Shown here: positions 24,334 to 38,798 of the stretch, one piece after another
How the letters are laid out: each line of letters begins with the position of its first letter
Position numbering within the stretch: position 1 is the first letter of the stretch
NCBI RefSeq assembly: GCF_024223415.1
Contig: NZ_CP100500.1
Origin: Escherichia coli
GTDB taxonomy: Bacteria > Pseudomonadota > Gammaproteobacteria > Enterobacterales > Enterobacteriaceae
Length of the DNA: 64,000 bases
Direction: 5' to 3' (one strand)
The notes under the pieces: generated by a model
What the model was told of the DNA's origin: nothing
Databases searched by the model: none
What the model saw: only the letters and a program-made list of their open reading frames with translations
Made by a program: the position numbers and the translations under genes

Positions 24334-25559
24334 ATGGGAATTAACGAAATCATCATGTACATCATGATGTTCTTTATGCTGATAGCTGCCGTAGACAGGA
24401 TCCTGTCGCAGTTCGGCGGTTCTGCTCGTTTCCTCGGTAAGTTCGGTAAAAGTATCGAAGGATCAGGCGGTCAGTTCGAAGAAGGCTTTATGGCAATGGG
24501 CGCTCTGGGTCTGGCGATGGTCGGTATGACCGCGCTGGCACCGGTACTGGCTCACGTACTCGGGCCGGTAATTATCCCGGTTTACGAAATGCTCGGCGCA
24601 AACCCGTCAATGTTCGCCGGAACGCTGCTGGCGTGCGATATGGGCGGCTTCTTCCTCGCCAAAGAGCTGGCGGGCGGCGACGTAGCCGCGTGGCTATACT
24701 CTGGGTTAATTCTCGGGTCGATGATGGGGCCAACGATTGTGTTTTCCATTCCGGTGGCGCTCGGCATTATCGAACCTTCTGACCGTCGTTATCTGGCGCT
24801 CGGCGTGCTGGCGGGCATTGTGACCATTCCGATTGGTTGTATCGCTGGTGGTCTGGTAGCTATGTACTCCGGTGTGCAGATCAACGGCCAGCCGGTGGAA
24901 TTCACTTTCGCCCTGATCCTGATGAACATGATCCCGGTGATCATTGTTGCGATTCTGGTGGCGCTGGGGCTGAAATTCATCCCGGAAAAAATGATCAACG
25001 GCTTCCAGATCTTCGCCAAATTCCTCGTTGCATTGATCACCCTCGGTCTTGCCGCTGCGGTAGTGAAATTCCTGCTTGGCTGGGAACTGATCCCCGGTCT
25101 GGATCCTATCTTTATGGCCCTGGCGATAAACCCGGTGAGGTGATGCGCGCCATTGAAGTTATCGGTTCTATCTCCTGCGTTCTGTTAGGGGCGTATCCGA
25201 TGGTGCTGCTGCTGACCCGCTGGTTTGAAAAACCGCTGATGAGCGTCGGTAAAGTGCTGAATATGAACAACATCGCGGCAGCCGGCATGGTGGCAACGCT
25301 TGCCAACAACATCCCGATGTTCGGCATGATGAAGCAGATGGATACCCGCGGCAAAGTCATCAACTGCGCCTTCGCCGTTTCTGCTGCTTTCGCCCTGGGC
25401 GACCACTTAGGCTTCGCCGCTGCCAACATGAATGCCATGATCTTCCCGATGATTGTCGGCAAGTTGATCGGCGGCGTAACGGCGATTGGCGTGGCGATGA
25501 TGCTGGTGCCAAAAGACGACGCGGCCGCAGCTAAAACCGAAGCGGAGGCACAATCGTGA
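24334..25559 (+). pseudogene. eutH: eutH ethanolamine permease, disrupted by a 1-bp frameshift
   Basis: 262 codons in frame from ATG 24334 to ...GLDPIFMA, then LAINPVR-stop at 25141-25143; the remaining 146 codons (PGDKPGEVMRAIEV... to stop 25557-25559) are in another frame; 262+146 = 408 aa, the canonical EutH length. Confidence 0.75.
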
Positions 25560-26959
25560 ACACTCGCCAGCTACTGAGCGTCGGTATCGATATCGGCACC
25601 ACCACCACTCAGGTGATTTTCTCCCACCTGGAACTGGTTAACCGTGCGGCGGTGTCGCAGGTGCCGCGCTACGAATTCATCAAACGCGAAATTAGCTGGC
25701 AAAGCCCGGTGTTCTTTACCCCTGTCGATAAACAGGGTGGTTTAAAAGAAGCGGAACTGAAATCGCTGATTTTAGAGCAATATCAGGCTGCGGGCATTGC
25801 GCCGGAAAGCGTTGATTCTGGTGCCATCATCATCACCGGTGAAAGCGCGAAAACCCGCAATGCTCGCCCGGCGGTGATGGCGCTCTCTCAGTCGCTGGGC
25901 GATTTTGTCGTCGCCAGCGCCGGGCCGCACCTCGAATCCGTGATCGCCGGTCACGGAGCCGGGGCACAAACCCTTTCTGAACAACGGCTGTGTCGGGTAC
26001 TGAATATCGACATTGGCGGTGGCACCGCGAACTACGCCCTGTTCGATGCCGGAAAAATCAGCGGCACTGCCTGCCTCAACGTCGGTGGTCGCCTGCTGGA
26101 AACCGACAGCCAGGGGCGCGTGGTTTACGCTCATAAACCGGGGCAGATGATTGTGGATGAGTGCTTCGGCGCAGGCACCGACGCCCGTTCGCTGACCGGC
26201 GCGCAGCTGGTGCAGGTTACCCGGCGGATGGCAGAGCTGATTGTCGAAGTGATTGACGGAACGCTCTCGCCGCTCGCGCAGGCATTAATGCAAACCGGTT
26301 TGCTCCCCGCAGGTGTTACGCCCGAAATCATTACGCTTTCTGGCGGCGTGGGCGAATGTTATCGCCACCAGCCCGCCGACCCGTTCTGTTTTGCCGATAT
26401 TGGCCCACTTCTGGCAACGGCGCTGCATGACCATCCGCGCCTGCGTGAGATGAATGTGCAGTTTCCGGCGCAAACCGTACGCGCCACGGTGATTGGCGCG
26501 GGGGCACATACCCTTTCGCTCTCTGGCAGCACAATCTGGCTGGAGGGCGTACAACTGCCGCTGCGCAATTTGCCGGTGGCGATCCCGATTGATGAAACGG
26601 ATCTGGTGGGTGCCTGGCAACAGGCGCTGATTCAGCTGGATCTTGATCCCAAAACTGACGCGTACGTGCTGGCGCTTCCCGCCTCGCTGCCTGTGCGTTA
26701 CGCCGCGGTACTGACGGTCATCAACGCGTTGGTCGATTTCGTCGCGCGTTTTCCGAATCCGCATCCCCTGCTGGTGGTGGCCGGGCAGGACTTTGGTAAA
26801 GCTCTGGGCATGTTGTTGCGCCCACAGCTACAACAACTCCCGTTGGCAGTCATTGACGAAGTGATTGTCCGCGCGGGGGACTATATCGACATTGGTACGC
26901 CTCTTTTTGGCGGATCGGTTGTGCCGGTGACGGTGAAATCACTCGCATTTCCTTCCTGA
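25556..26959 (+). CDS. eutA: EutA ethanolamine ammonia-lyase reactivase (467 aa)
   Basis: Operon position; recognised sequence. Confidence 0.85.
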   Translation: MNTRQLLSVGIDIGTTTTQVIFSHLELVNRAAVSQVPRYEFIKREISWQSPVFFTPVDKQGGLKEAELKSLILEQYQAAGIAPESVDSGAIIITGESAKTRNARPAVMALSQSLGDFVVASAGPHLESVIAGHGAGAQTLSEQRLCRVLNIDIGGGTANYALFDAGKISGTACLNVGGRLLETDSQGRVVYAHKPGQMIVDECFGAGTDARSLTGAQLVQVTRRMAELIVEVIDGTLSPLAQALMQTGLLPAGVTPEIITLSGGVGECYRHQPADPFCFADIGPLLATALHDHPRLREMNVQFPAQTVRATVIGAGAHTLSLSGSTIWLEGVQLPLRNLPVAIPIDETDLVGAWQQALIQLDLDPKTDAYVLALPASLPVRYAAVLTVINALVDFVARFPNPHPLLVVAGQDFGKALGMLLRPQLQQLPLAVIDEVIVRAGDYIDIGTPLFGGSVVPVTVKSLAFPS

Positions 26960-26970
26960 GGGAACGACTT

Positions 26971-28332
26971 ATGAAACTAAAGACCACATTGTTCGGCAAT
27001 GTATATCAGTTTAAGGATGTAAAAGAGGTGCTGGCTAAAGCCAACGAACTGCGTTCGGGGGATGTGCTGGCAGGCGTTGCAGCGGCAAGTTCACAGGAGC
27101 GCGTGGCGGCAAAGCAGGTGTTGTCGGAAATGACCGTAGCGGACATCCGCAATAATCCGGTGATTGCCTATGAAGATGACTGCGTGACGCGGCTGATTCA
27201 GGACGATGTTAACGAAACGGCCTACAACCAGATTAAAAACTGGAGCATCAGCGAACTGCGTGAGTATGTGCTGAGCGATGAAACCAGCGTGGACGACATT
27301 GCCTTTACCCGCAAAGGGCTGACCTCGGAAGTGGTCGCGGCGGTAGCGAAGATTTGCTCCAACGCGGACCTGATCTACGGCGCGAAGAAAATGCCGGTAA
27401 TCAAAAAGGCCAATACCACCATCGGTATTCCGGGCACCTTCAGCGCCCGTTTGCAGCCAAATGACACTCGTGACGACGTGCAAAGTATCGCCGCGCAAAT
27501 CTACGAAGGGCTTTCCTTCGGGGTGGGCGATGCGGTGATCGGCGTTAACCCGGTGACTGACGACGTGGAAAACTTAAGCCGCGTGCTGGATACCATTTAT
27601 GGCGTGATCGACAAATTCAACATCCCAACTCAGGGCTGCGTACTGGCGCACGTCACCACCCAGATCGAAGCGATTCGTCGCGGCGCGCCTGGCGGACTGA
27701 TTTTCCAGAGTATCTGTGGCAGCGAAAAAGGGCTGAAAGAGTTTGGCGTGGAACTGGCGATGCTCGACGAAGCGCGCGCAGTGGGCGCAGAGTTCAACCG
27801 TATCGCCGGGGAAAACTGCCTCTACTTCGAAACCGGACAAGGCTCTGCGCTATCCGCTGGCGCTAACTTCGGCGCTGACCAGGTGACGATGGAAGCACGT
27901 AACTATGGGCTGGCGCGTCATTACGATCCGTTTATCGTCAACACCGTGGTCGGTTTTATTGGGCCGGAGTATCTCTACAACGACCGCCAGATTATCCGTG
28001 CTGGCTTAGAAGATCACTTTATGGGCAAGCTGAGCGGCATCTCTATGGGCTGTGACTGCTGTTACACCAACCACGCTGACGCTGACCAGAACCTCAACGA
28101 AAACCTGATGATCCTGCTCGCCACCGCAGGCTGCAACTACATCATGGGGATGCCGTTGGGTGATGACATCATGCTCAACTACCAGACCACCGCATTCCAC
28201 GATACCGCCACTGTGCGTCAGTTACTCAACCTGCGCCCGTCACCGGAGTTTGAACGCTGGCTGGAAAGCATGGGCATTATGGCAAACGGTCGCCTGACCA
28301 AACGGGCGGGCGATCCGTCACTGTTCTTCTGA
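26971..28332 (+). CDS. eutB: EutB ethanolamine ammonia-lyase large subunit (453 aa)
   Basis: Recognised sequence; directly follows eutA with no intervening prophage. Confidence 0.9.
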   Translation: MKLKTTLFGNVYQFKDVKEVLAKANELRSGDVLAGVAAASSQERVAAKQVLSEMTVADIRNNPVIAYEDDCVTRLIQDDVNETAYNQIKNWSISELREYVLSDETSVDDIAFTRKGLTSEVVAAVAKICSNADLIYGAKKMPVIKKANTTIGIPGTFSARLQPNDTRDDVQSIAAQIYEGLSFGVGDAVIGVNPVTDDVENLSRVLDTIYGVIDKFNIPTQGCVLAHVTTQIEAIRRGAPGGLIFQSICGSEKGLKEFGVELAMLDEARAVGAEFNRIAGENCLYFETGQGSALSAGANFGADQVTMEARNYGLARHYDPFIVNTVVGFIGPEYLYNDRQIIRAGLEDHFMGKLSGISMGCDCCYTNHADADQNLNENLMILLATAGCNYIMGMPLGDDIMLNYQTTAFHDTATVRQLLNLRPSPEFERWLESMGIMANGRLTKRAGDPSLFF

Positions 28333-28352
28333 TGACGCGGAGATAACACATC

Positions 28353-29240
28353 ATGGATCAAAAACAGATTGAAGAAATTGTACGCAGCGTGATGGCGTCA
28401 ATGGGACAAACGGCCCCCGCGCCGTCAGAAGCAAAGTGCGCCACTACCACCTGTGCGGCACCGGTGACCTCGGAAAGCTGCGCGCTGGATTTAGGTTCTG
28501 CGGAAGCAAAAGCGTGGATTGGTGTTGAAAACCCACATCGTGCGGATGTGTTAACAGAACTGCGTCGCAGCACCGTGGCCCGCGTTTGTACCGGTCGTGC
28601 CGGTCCGCGTCCGCGTACCCAGGCGCTGCTGCGTTTCCTGGCCGATCACTCTCGTTCGAAAGATACCGTACTTAAAGAAGTGCCGGAAGAGTGGGTGAAA
28701 GCGCAGGGCTTGCTGGAAGTACGCTCTGAAATTAGCGACAAAAATCTCTACCTGACTCGCCCGGATATGGGCCGCCGCCTGTGTGCAGAAGCTGTTGAAG
28801 CGCTGAAAGCGCAGTGTGTTGCCAATCCGGACGTGCAGGTCGTTATTTCTGATGGCCTGTCAACTGATGCGATCACCGTGAACTACGAAGAGATCCTGCC
28901 ACCGCTGATGGCGGGCCTGAAACAGGCCGGGCTGAAAGTCGGTACACCATTCTTTGTTCGTTATGGTCGCGTGAAGATTGAAGATCAGATCGGTGAGATC
29001 CTCGGCGCGAAAGTGGTGATCCTGCTGGTGGGCGAACGTCCGGGGTTGGGTCAGTCAGAAAGCCTCTCCTGCTACGCCGTTTACTCGCCACGTATGGCGA
29101 CCACCGTTGAGGCCGATCGCACCTGTATCTCTAACATTCACCAGGGCGGCACGCCGCCGGTTGAAGCCGCAGCCGTCATTGTGGATTTGGCGAAACGTAT
29201 GCTGGAGCAGAAAGCATCCGGCATCAACATGACCCGATAA
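28353..29240 (+). CDS. eutC: EutC ethanolamine ammonia-lyase small subunit (295 aa)
   Basis: Recognised sequence. Confidence 0.9.
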   Translation: MDQKQIEEIVRSVMASMGQTAPAPSEAKCATTTCAAPVTSESCALDLGSAEAKAWIGVENPHRADVLTELRRSTVARVCTGRAGPRPRTQALLRFLADHSRSKDTVLKEVPEEWVKAQGLLEVRSEISDKNLYLTRPDMGRRLCAEAVEALKAQCVANPDVQVVISDGLSTDAITVNYEEILPPLMAGLKQAGLKVGTPFFVRYGRVKIEDQIGEILGAKVVILLVGERPGLGQSESLSCYAVYSPRMATTVEADRTCISNIHQGGTPPVEAAAVIVDLAKRMLEQKASGINMTR

Positions 29241-29249
29241 GGAGGCATC

Positions 29250-29909
29250 ATGCCAGCTTTAGATTTGATTCGACCGTCTGTCACCGCTATGCGGGTGATT
29301 GCCTCCGTTAACGCCGATTTTGCGCGTGAACTAAAATTGCCGCCGCATATTCGTAGCCTCGGTCTGATTTCTGCCGACTCCGATGACGTCACCTACATTG
29401 CCGCTGATGAAGCGACCAAGCAGGCGATGGTGGAAGTGGTGTATGGCCGCTCGCTGTATGCGGGAGCGGCACACGGCCCGTCACCGACTGCCGGTGAAGT
29501 GCTGATTATGCTTGGTGGGCCAAACCCGGCGGAAGTGCGTGCAGGTCTGGATGCGATGGTTGCGCATATTGAAAATGGCGCTGCTTTCCAGTGGGCTAAT
29601 GATGCGCAAGATACGGCATTCCTGGCACATGTAGTTTCGCGTACCGGTTCTTATCTCTCATCAACCGCCGGGATCACGCTTGGCGATCCGATGGCGTATC
29701 TGGTGGCACCGCCGCTGGAAGCGACCTACGGCATTGATGCAGCGTTGAAATCTGCCGACGTACAGCTGGTGACCTATGTCCCGCCACCGTCTGAAACCAA
29801 CTACTCGGCAGCATTTTTAACCGGTAGCCAGGCCGCGTGTAAAGCAGCCTGTAACGCCTTTACCGATGCAGTGCTGGAAATCGCGCGTAATCCAATCCAG
29901 CGTGCGTAA
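29250..29909 (+). CDS. eutL: BMC-T shell protein EutL (219 aa)
   Basis: Recognised sequence. Confidence 0.85.
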   Translation: MPALDLIRPSVTAMRVIASVNADFARELKLPPHIRSLGLISADSDDVTYIAADEATKQAMVEVVYGRSLYAGAAHGPSPTAGEVLIMLGGPNPAEVRAGLDAMVAHIENGAAFQWANDAQDTAFLAHVVSRTGSYLSSTAGITLGDPMAYLVAPPLEATYGIDAALKSADVQLVTYVPPPSETNYSAAFLTGSQAACKAACNAFTDAVLEIARNPIQRA

Positions 29910-29921
29910 TGGAGGTTGCCG

Positions 29922-30422
29922 ATGATCAATGCACTGGGATTGCTGGAAGTGGACGGCATGGTCGCTGCGATAGATGCAGCGGATGCCATGCTCAAAGCAG
30001 CTAACGTTCGTCTGCTCAGTCACGAAGTGCTTGACCCTGGTCGCTTAACGCTGGTGGTGGAAGGCGATCTGGCGGCGTGTCGTGCTGCGCTGGACGCAGG
30101 TTGTGCTGCCGCGATGCGTACCGGGCGTGTCATCAGCCGTAAGGAGATCGGTCGGCCAGACGATGACACCCAGTGGCTGGTTACTGGCTTTAACCGCCAG
30201 CCGAAGCAACCCGTAAAGGAACCCGACGCGCCAGTTATCGTCGCGGAATCTGCTGACGAGTTGTTGGCGCTGTTAACATCAGTACGTCAGGGAATGACGG
30301 CAGGAGAAGTGGCTGCCCACTTTGGCTGGCCGCTGGAAAAAGCCAGAAATGCGCTCGAACAGCTCTTTTCTGCCGGGACGTTACGTAAACGCAGTAGTCG
30401 TTATCGTCTCAAGCCCCATTAA
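29922..30422 (+). CDS. eutK: BMC shell protein EutK (about 166 aa)
   Basis: ORF 29916-30422; BMC domain plus C-terminal HTH-like tail; start uncertain between 29916 and 29922. Confidence 0.8.
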   Translation: MINALGLLEVDGMVAAIDAADAMLKAANVRLLSHEVLDPGRLTLVVEGDLAACRAALDAGCAAAMRTGRVISRKEIGRPDDDTQWLVTGFNRQPKQPVKEPDAPVIVAESADELLALLTSVRQGMTAGEVAAHFGWPLEKARNALEQLFSAGTLRKRSSRYRLKPH

Positions 30423-30467
30423 CCTGTCGGAGGTGCCGGGTGTCCTACAACACCCGGCATTAACATC

Positions 30468-31520
30468 ATGAAAAAGACCCGTACAGCCAATTTGCACCAT
30501 CTTTATCATGAACCCTTACCCGAAAACCTGAAGCTCACGCCGAAGGTCGAAGTGGATAATGTTCATCAACGACAGACAACGGATGTCTATGAACATGCTT
30601 TAACGATTACCGCCTGGCAGCAGATTTACGATCAGCTGCATCCGGGCAAGTTTCATGGTGAATTTACGGAAATTCTACTCGATGATATTCAGGTTTTTCG
30701 TGAATACACCGGTCTGGCGCTGCGTCAGTCGTGTCTGGTCTGGCCGAACTCGTTCTGGTTTGGCATTCCGGCGACGCGCGGTGAGCAGGGATTTATCGGT
30801 TCGCAATGTCTGGGAAGCGCAGAAATAGCGACGCGCCCTGGTGGAACCGAGTTTGAATTAAGTACGCCGGACGATTACACGATCCTGGGCGTAGTGCTTT
30901 CTGAAGATGTCATCACCCGTCAGGCTAACTTTTTGCATAATCCGGATCGGGTATTACATATGCTGCGTAGCCAGTCGGCGCTGGAAGTGAAAGAGCAGCA
31001 TAAAGCCGCGCTGTGGGGCTTTGTCCAACAGGCGCTGGCGACGTTTTGCGAGAACCCGGAAAATCTCCATCAGCCTGCAGTGCGAAAAGTGCTGGGGGAT
31101 AATTTGCTAATGGCGATGGGGGCGATGCTCGAAGACGCGCAACCAATGGTGACGGCGGAAAGCATCAGTCATCAGAGTTACCGTAGATTACTTTCCCGCG
31201 CCCGTGAATATGTGCTGGAAAACATGTCCGAACCGGTGACGGTGCTGGATTTGTGTAATCAACTGCATGTCAGCCGCCGCACGCTACAAAACGCGTTTCA
31301 CGCTATTTTAGGCATTGGCCCAAACGCGTGGCTGAAACGCATTCGCCTGAACGCCGTGCGCCGCGAACTAATAAGCCCGTGGTCGCAAAGCACAACGGTA
31401 AAAGACGCCGCCATGCAGTGGGGATTCTGGCATCTGGGGCAATTTGCCACGGATTACCAGCAGCTGTTTGCCGAGAAGCCGTCGTTGACGTTGCATCAGC
31501 GGATGCGGGAATGGGGGTGA
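30468..31520 (+). CDS. eutR: EutR AraC-family activator of the eut operon (350 aa)
   Basis: AraC-type HTH C-terminus; last gene of the operon. Confidence 0.85.
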   Translation: MKKTRTANLHHLYHEPLPENLKLTPKVEVDNVHQRQTTDVYEHALTITAWQQIYDQLHPGKFHGEFTEILLDDIQVFREYTGLALRQSCLVWPNSFWFGIPATRGEQGFIGSQCLGSAEIATRPGGTEFELSTPDDYTILGVVLSEDVITRQANFLHNPDRVLHMLRSQSALEVKEQHKAALWGFVQQALATFCENPENLHQPAVRKVLGDNLLMAMGAMLEDAQPMVTAESISHQSYRRLLSRAREYVLENMSEPVTVLDLCNQLHVSRRTLQNAFHAILGIGPNAWLKRIRLNAVRRELISPWSQSTTVKDAAMQWGFWHLGQFATDYQQLFAEKPSLTLHQRMREWG

Positions 31521-31525
31521 GGGAG

Positions 31526-32428
<903 letters not shown>

Positions 32429-33298
32429 TTATCGCTTTTTCGAATGTGCTTTCTGGTTGTCGAACCAGTGGAAATAACTGATCACGCCTTCAGCAATCGC
32501 TGTGGCGATTTTCTGACGAAACGCCGCCGTGCCTAACAGTCGCTCTTCTTCCGGGTTGGTGATAAACGAGGTTTCCACCAGCACCGAAGGAACCGACGGC
32601 GATTTCAACACCACAAACGCGGCTTGTTCGGTGTTGCGGCTGTGCAGTTTATGCACCGGCTTAATCTTTTTCAGAATATGCGAGCCGAGCGTCAGGCTGT
32701 TTTTAATAGTATCGGTTTGCACCAGATCAAACAGCACTTGCTGCAATAGGTGATCCTTGTCAGTCGCCTTTTTACCGGCAACTTCATCGGCGCGGTTTTC
32801 GCGTTCAGACAGGTATTTCGCCATTGCGCTACTTGCCCCACGGTTAGAGAGGGCAAATACCGAAGCACCGGCAGCTTTCGGGTTGGTAAAGCCATCGGCA
32901 TGAATTGACATAAACAGATCTGCGCCATGTTTATGGGCGATTTCAACGCGATCGTAAAGTGGGATAAACGTATCGCCAGAACGCGTTAAACGCGCATCAA
33001 TCCCATGATTACGCAAAATGGAACGGACGTTTTTAGCAATCGCCAGCACCACATGTTTTTCTTTCGAACCGTTGCGTCCGATCGCTCCGGTATCAATTCC
33101 GCCGTGGCCTGGATCGAGAACAACGACACGTTTGCCGCCAGATTTTTTGGCTTTCGGCTTGCTGTGTCCGTTGCTGGTTTTTAAAGGTTCGTCTTTGGCG
33201 ATGGCTTGCGACATTCCTGACAACGTCAGGGCAGCCAAACCGGCTTTCAGCACCTGGCGGCGCGAAGTGAGTGTTTTTAGTGGTTTAAAAGTGCTCAT
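32429..33298 (-). CDS. amiA: N-acetylmuramoyl-L-alanine amidase AmiA (289 aa, Tat signal)
   Basis: Twin-arginine signal (SRRQVLKAG); Amidase_3 domain. Confidence 0.9.
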   Translation of the reverse strand: MSTFKPLKTLTSRRQVLKAGLAALTLSGMSQAIAKDEPLKTSNGHSKPKAKKSGGKRVVVLDPGHGGIDTGAIGRNGSKEKHVVLAIAKNVRSILRNHGIDARLTRSGDTFIPLYDRVEIAHKHGADLFMSIHADGFTNPKAAGASVFALSNRGASSAMAKYLSERENRADEVAGKKATDKDHLLQQVLFDLVQTDTIKNSLTLGSHILKKIKPVHKLHSRNTEQAAFVVLKSPSVPSVLVETSFITNPEEERLLGTAAFRQKIATAIAEGVISYFHWFDNQKAHSKKR

Positions 33299-33511
33299 AC
33301 GGCCTGAGTTGTAATAATAAAGTTCCAGATGTTATATCGTATCGCGTAATCCGTTACGACCGTTTGCTGTTGAGAATTGTTTTACTTTTCATTTCAATAG
33401 TTGACAACTCCCCATTATGCCACTTTTTCAACCGATTTTCGTCAGATATTGGCTAATTCGACCGTTCACGCCATAATCAGCCTTTTAACCCGCAAAAAGG
33501 TAACGAATACC

Positions 33512-33937
33512 ATGGAGATACGCGTATTTCGCCAGGAAGATTTCGAAGAGGTCATCACCCTTTGGGAGCGTTGCGACTTGCTGCGTCCGTGGAACGATCC
33601 GGAAATGGACATCGAGCGTAAGATGAACCATGACGTCAGTTTGTTTCTGGTCGCTGAGGTAAACGGTGAAGTGGTCGGAACGGTGATGGGCGGTTATGAC
33701 GGGCATCGCGGGTCTGCTTATTATCTTGGCGTGCATCCAGAGTTTCGTGGGCGTGGAATTGCCAATGCGTTGCTTAACCGGCTGGAGAAAAAGCTGATTG
33801 CTCGCGGCTGCCCGAAAATTCAGATCAACGTGCCGGAAGATAACGACATGGTGCTCGGAATGTATGAACGCCTGGGATATGAACACGCCGACGTGCTGAG
33901 TCTGGGTAAGCGTTTGATTGAAGATGAAGAGTACTGA
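33512..33937 (+). CDS. ypeA: GNAT acetyltransferase YpeA (141 aa)
   Basis: ORF 33401-33937; start set at [10 protein letters not shown]; GNAT motifs. Confidence 0.8.
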
Positions 33938-34373
33938 GTTTCATCCTGTCCATTATGATGCGCACGGTCGCCTGCGTTTACCCTTGCTCTTCTGGCTTGT
34001 GCTATTGCTTCAGGCGCGAACCTGGGTGCTGTTTGTCATTGCCGGTGCGTCGCGCGAGCAGGGTACTGCGCTGCTAAATCTGTTTTATCCCGATCACGAT
34101 AATTTCTGGCTGGGGCTGATTCCTGGCATTCCGGCGGTGCTGGCGTTTTTGTTGAGCGGTCGGCGGGCTACGTTTCCTCGCACCTGGCGTGTACTCTATT
34201 TTCTGTTGCTGTTGGCGCAGGTGGTTTTACTTTGCTGGCAACCGTGGCTGTGGCTGAACGGTGAATCCGTTAGCGGTTTCGGTCTGGCGCTGGTAGTGGC
34301 GGATATTGTGGCGTTAATCTGGCTGCTGACCAATCGACGTTTACGCGCTTGTTTTAATGAAGTAAAAGAATAA
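33924..34373 (+). CDS. yfeZ: inner-membrane protein YfeZ (about 149 aa)
   Basis: Hydrophobic ORF overlapping the ypeA 3-prime end; start uncertain between 33918 and 33924. Confidence 0.7.
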
Positions 34374-34433
34374 CGGCACTTTTTGGTGAATTTGCACTCC
34401 AAGCAACGTTATTGAATAACCAAAGGAAGTGAC

Positions 34434-35009
34434 ATGAAATCGCTGCGTTTAATGTTATGCGCTATGCCGTTGATGCTGACCGGCTGTTCCACGATGTCGT
34501 CAGTTAACTGGTCTGCTGCTAACCCGTGGAACTGGTTTGGTTCGTCCACCAAAGTGAGCGAGCAGGGCGTGGGTGAATTAACGGCGTCCACACCACTGCA
34601 AGAACAAGCCATTGCTGATGCGCTTGATGGCGATTATCGCCTGCGCAGCGGGATGAAAACCGCTAACGGTAATGTAGTGCGCTTTTTTGAAGTGATGAAA
34701 GGCGACAACGTGGCGATGGTGATTAACGGCGATCAGGGCACGATCAGCCGCATTGATGTGCTGGATAGCGATATTCCTGCTGACACCGGTGTTAAAATCG
34801 GTACACCGTTTAGCGACCTTTACAGCAAAGCATTTGGCAATTGCCAAAAAGCCGATGGTGATGATAATCGTGTCGTCGAATGTAAAGCCGAAGGCAGTCA
34901 ACATATTAGCTACCAGTTCAGCGGTGAATGGAGTGGTCCTGAAGGGTTAATGCCTTCGGACGATACCCTGAAAAACTGGAAAGTCAGTAAAATTATCTGG
35001 CGGCGTTAA
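34434..35009 (+). CDS. yfeY: lipoprotein YfeY (191 aa, lipobox LTGC)
   Basis: Signal peptide with lipobox. Confidence 0.8.
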   Translation: MKSLRLMLCAMPLMLTGCSTMSSVNWSAANPWNWFGSSTKVSEQGVGELTASTPLQEQAIADALDGDYRLRSGMKTANGNVVRFFEVMKGDNVAMVINGDQGTISRIDVLDSDIPADTGVKIGTPFSDLYSKAFGNCQKADGDDNRVVECKAEGSQHISYQFSGEWSGPEGLMPSDDTLKNWKVSKIIWRR

Positions 35010-35020
35010 TTTGCGTCTGA

Positions 35021-36004
<984 letters not shown>

Positions 36005-36028
36005 GCGTTTCTGATTCGATGATTCAAG

Positions 36029-36062
36029 GCCAGCCAGTAACACAACTGACTGGCCTTTTTAT
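36029..36062. terminator. terminator hairpin between convergent yfeX and yfeW
   Basis: ggccagccagtaacacaactgactggcc followed by a T-run. Confidence 0.5.
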
Positions 36063-37366
36063 TATTTCTGCTTTAACGCCGCATATACCTGATCAACCAC
36101 CCAACCATACGTTGCAATCGGCAGCTGACCGCTTTCGAACATATTGGGATTCTTTTGCGGATCGGCAACCGGCGAATGTGGCTTGTTGCTTAACATCACA
36201 ATCGCCATATGATTCACCGGATCGATAACGGTTACCGTCCCGGTCCAGCCAGTGTGACCGTAGGTTTGCGGGCTTGCCAGCGTGCCAAACGTCGGCGTCA
36301 TGGTGGCATTACCATTCACGCGCCAGCCGAGGCCAAAAGTGGCGTCTTCCTTAGAGCTGGTGGTGAACATCTTCACCGTTTCCGCACTGAACAGCTGCAC
36401 ATCGCCATAGCCCCCGCCGTTCAGCATCGTTTGCATTAACACCGCAATATCGCCGGTATTGGAAAACAAACCTGCGTGCCCGGAAACGCCGCCCATCGAA
36501 TAAAAGGCTTTTTCATCGTGCACCTGACCCCAGAGAGTGGAGGTGCGGATATTCGGGAAGTGGATCACTCCATCGCGGGTATTGCCGTTCAATTCCGTGG
36601 CGGCAATTTGCTGCGGTTTAAAGCCTTTCAGCAGCGGGTTAAATACCGTATGTGTCAGGCCGAGCGGGCGATAAATCGACTCTTCAACATAGCGGTCAAG
36701 CGGCTGACCGGTGACCGACTCGACGATAAATCCAAGCAGCATATAATCGACATCACTGTAAATATGCTTGCTGCCGGGCTGATACTCTAGCGGCGTGCGC
36801 TTGATCATCTCCAGCGTCTGGCCTTTATCCTGGGAATATAACGCGCCCGCGACCGCTTTATTCGGATATTGTGGGTCCGCCGGGAAACCGCCGCTGTGAT
36901 GCAGCAGGTCAGAAATCCGCAGCGTGTTTTTGCCTTTGATGGTGTCATTTGGACTATCGGCAAATCCCGGAATATATTTCGCAATCCGATCGTCAGGATG
37001 CAGCTTGCCTTCGCTCATTAGCTTTTGCAGAGCAAAGTTAGTGGCGTACATCTTGGTATTGGAAGCCAGGTCATACAGCGTCCCGGTGGTGGCTTTGACA
37101 GGCTGTTCCATCAATACGCTGCCATCGTACTTTTTCGTCGCTCCCCAGGCTTTGCGATACACAATCTGATTATCTTTTATAATCAGCAGGTTTACGCCGG
37201 GATAACCGGCGTCCACTTGCTGGCTAATCCAGCGATCCATCTGGTTAAGCCGTTCGACGTTGAACCCTGCTTTCTCTGGCGAACTTTCTGTCAGAACAGG
37301 GTATTTTGCGGCGCTGACGCTACAACTAACAGCCAGCAGAGAAAGATAGAGCATTGTCCGTTTCAT
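36062..37366 (-). CDS. yfeW: penicillin-binding protein 4B / beta-lactamase-family protein YfeW (about 434 aa)
   Basis: ORF 36062-37399; start set at MKRTMLYLSLLAVS; SxxK-type serine hydrolase. Confidence 0.8.
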   Translation of the reverse strand: MKRTMLYLSLLAVSCSVSAAKYPVLTESSPEKAGFNVERLNQMDRWISQQVDAGYPGVNLLIIKDNQIVYRKAWGATKKYDGSVLMEQPVKATTGTLYDLASNTKMYATNFALQKLMSEGKLHPDDRIAKYIPGFADSPNDTIKGKNTLRISDLLHHSGGFPADPQYPNKAVAGALYSQDKGQTLEMIKRTPLEYQPGSKHIYSDVDYMLLGFIVESVTGQPLDRYVEESIYRPLGLTHTVFNPLLKGFKPQQIAATELNGNTRDGVIHFPNIRTSTLWGQVHDEKAFYSMGGVSGHAGLFSNTGDIAVLMQTMLNGGGYGDVQLFSAETVKMFTTSSKEDATFGLGWRVNGNATMTPTFGTLASPQTYGHTGWTGTVTVIDPVNHMAIVMLSNKPHSPVADPQKNPNMFESGQLPIATYGWVVDQVYAALKQK

Positions 37367-37370
37367 AATA

Positions 37371-38795
<1,425 letters not shown>

Positions 38796-38798
38796 GGG

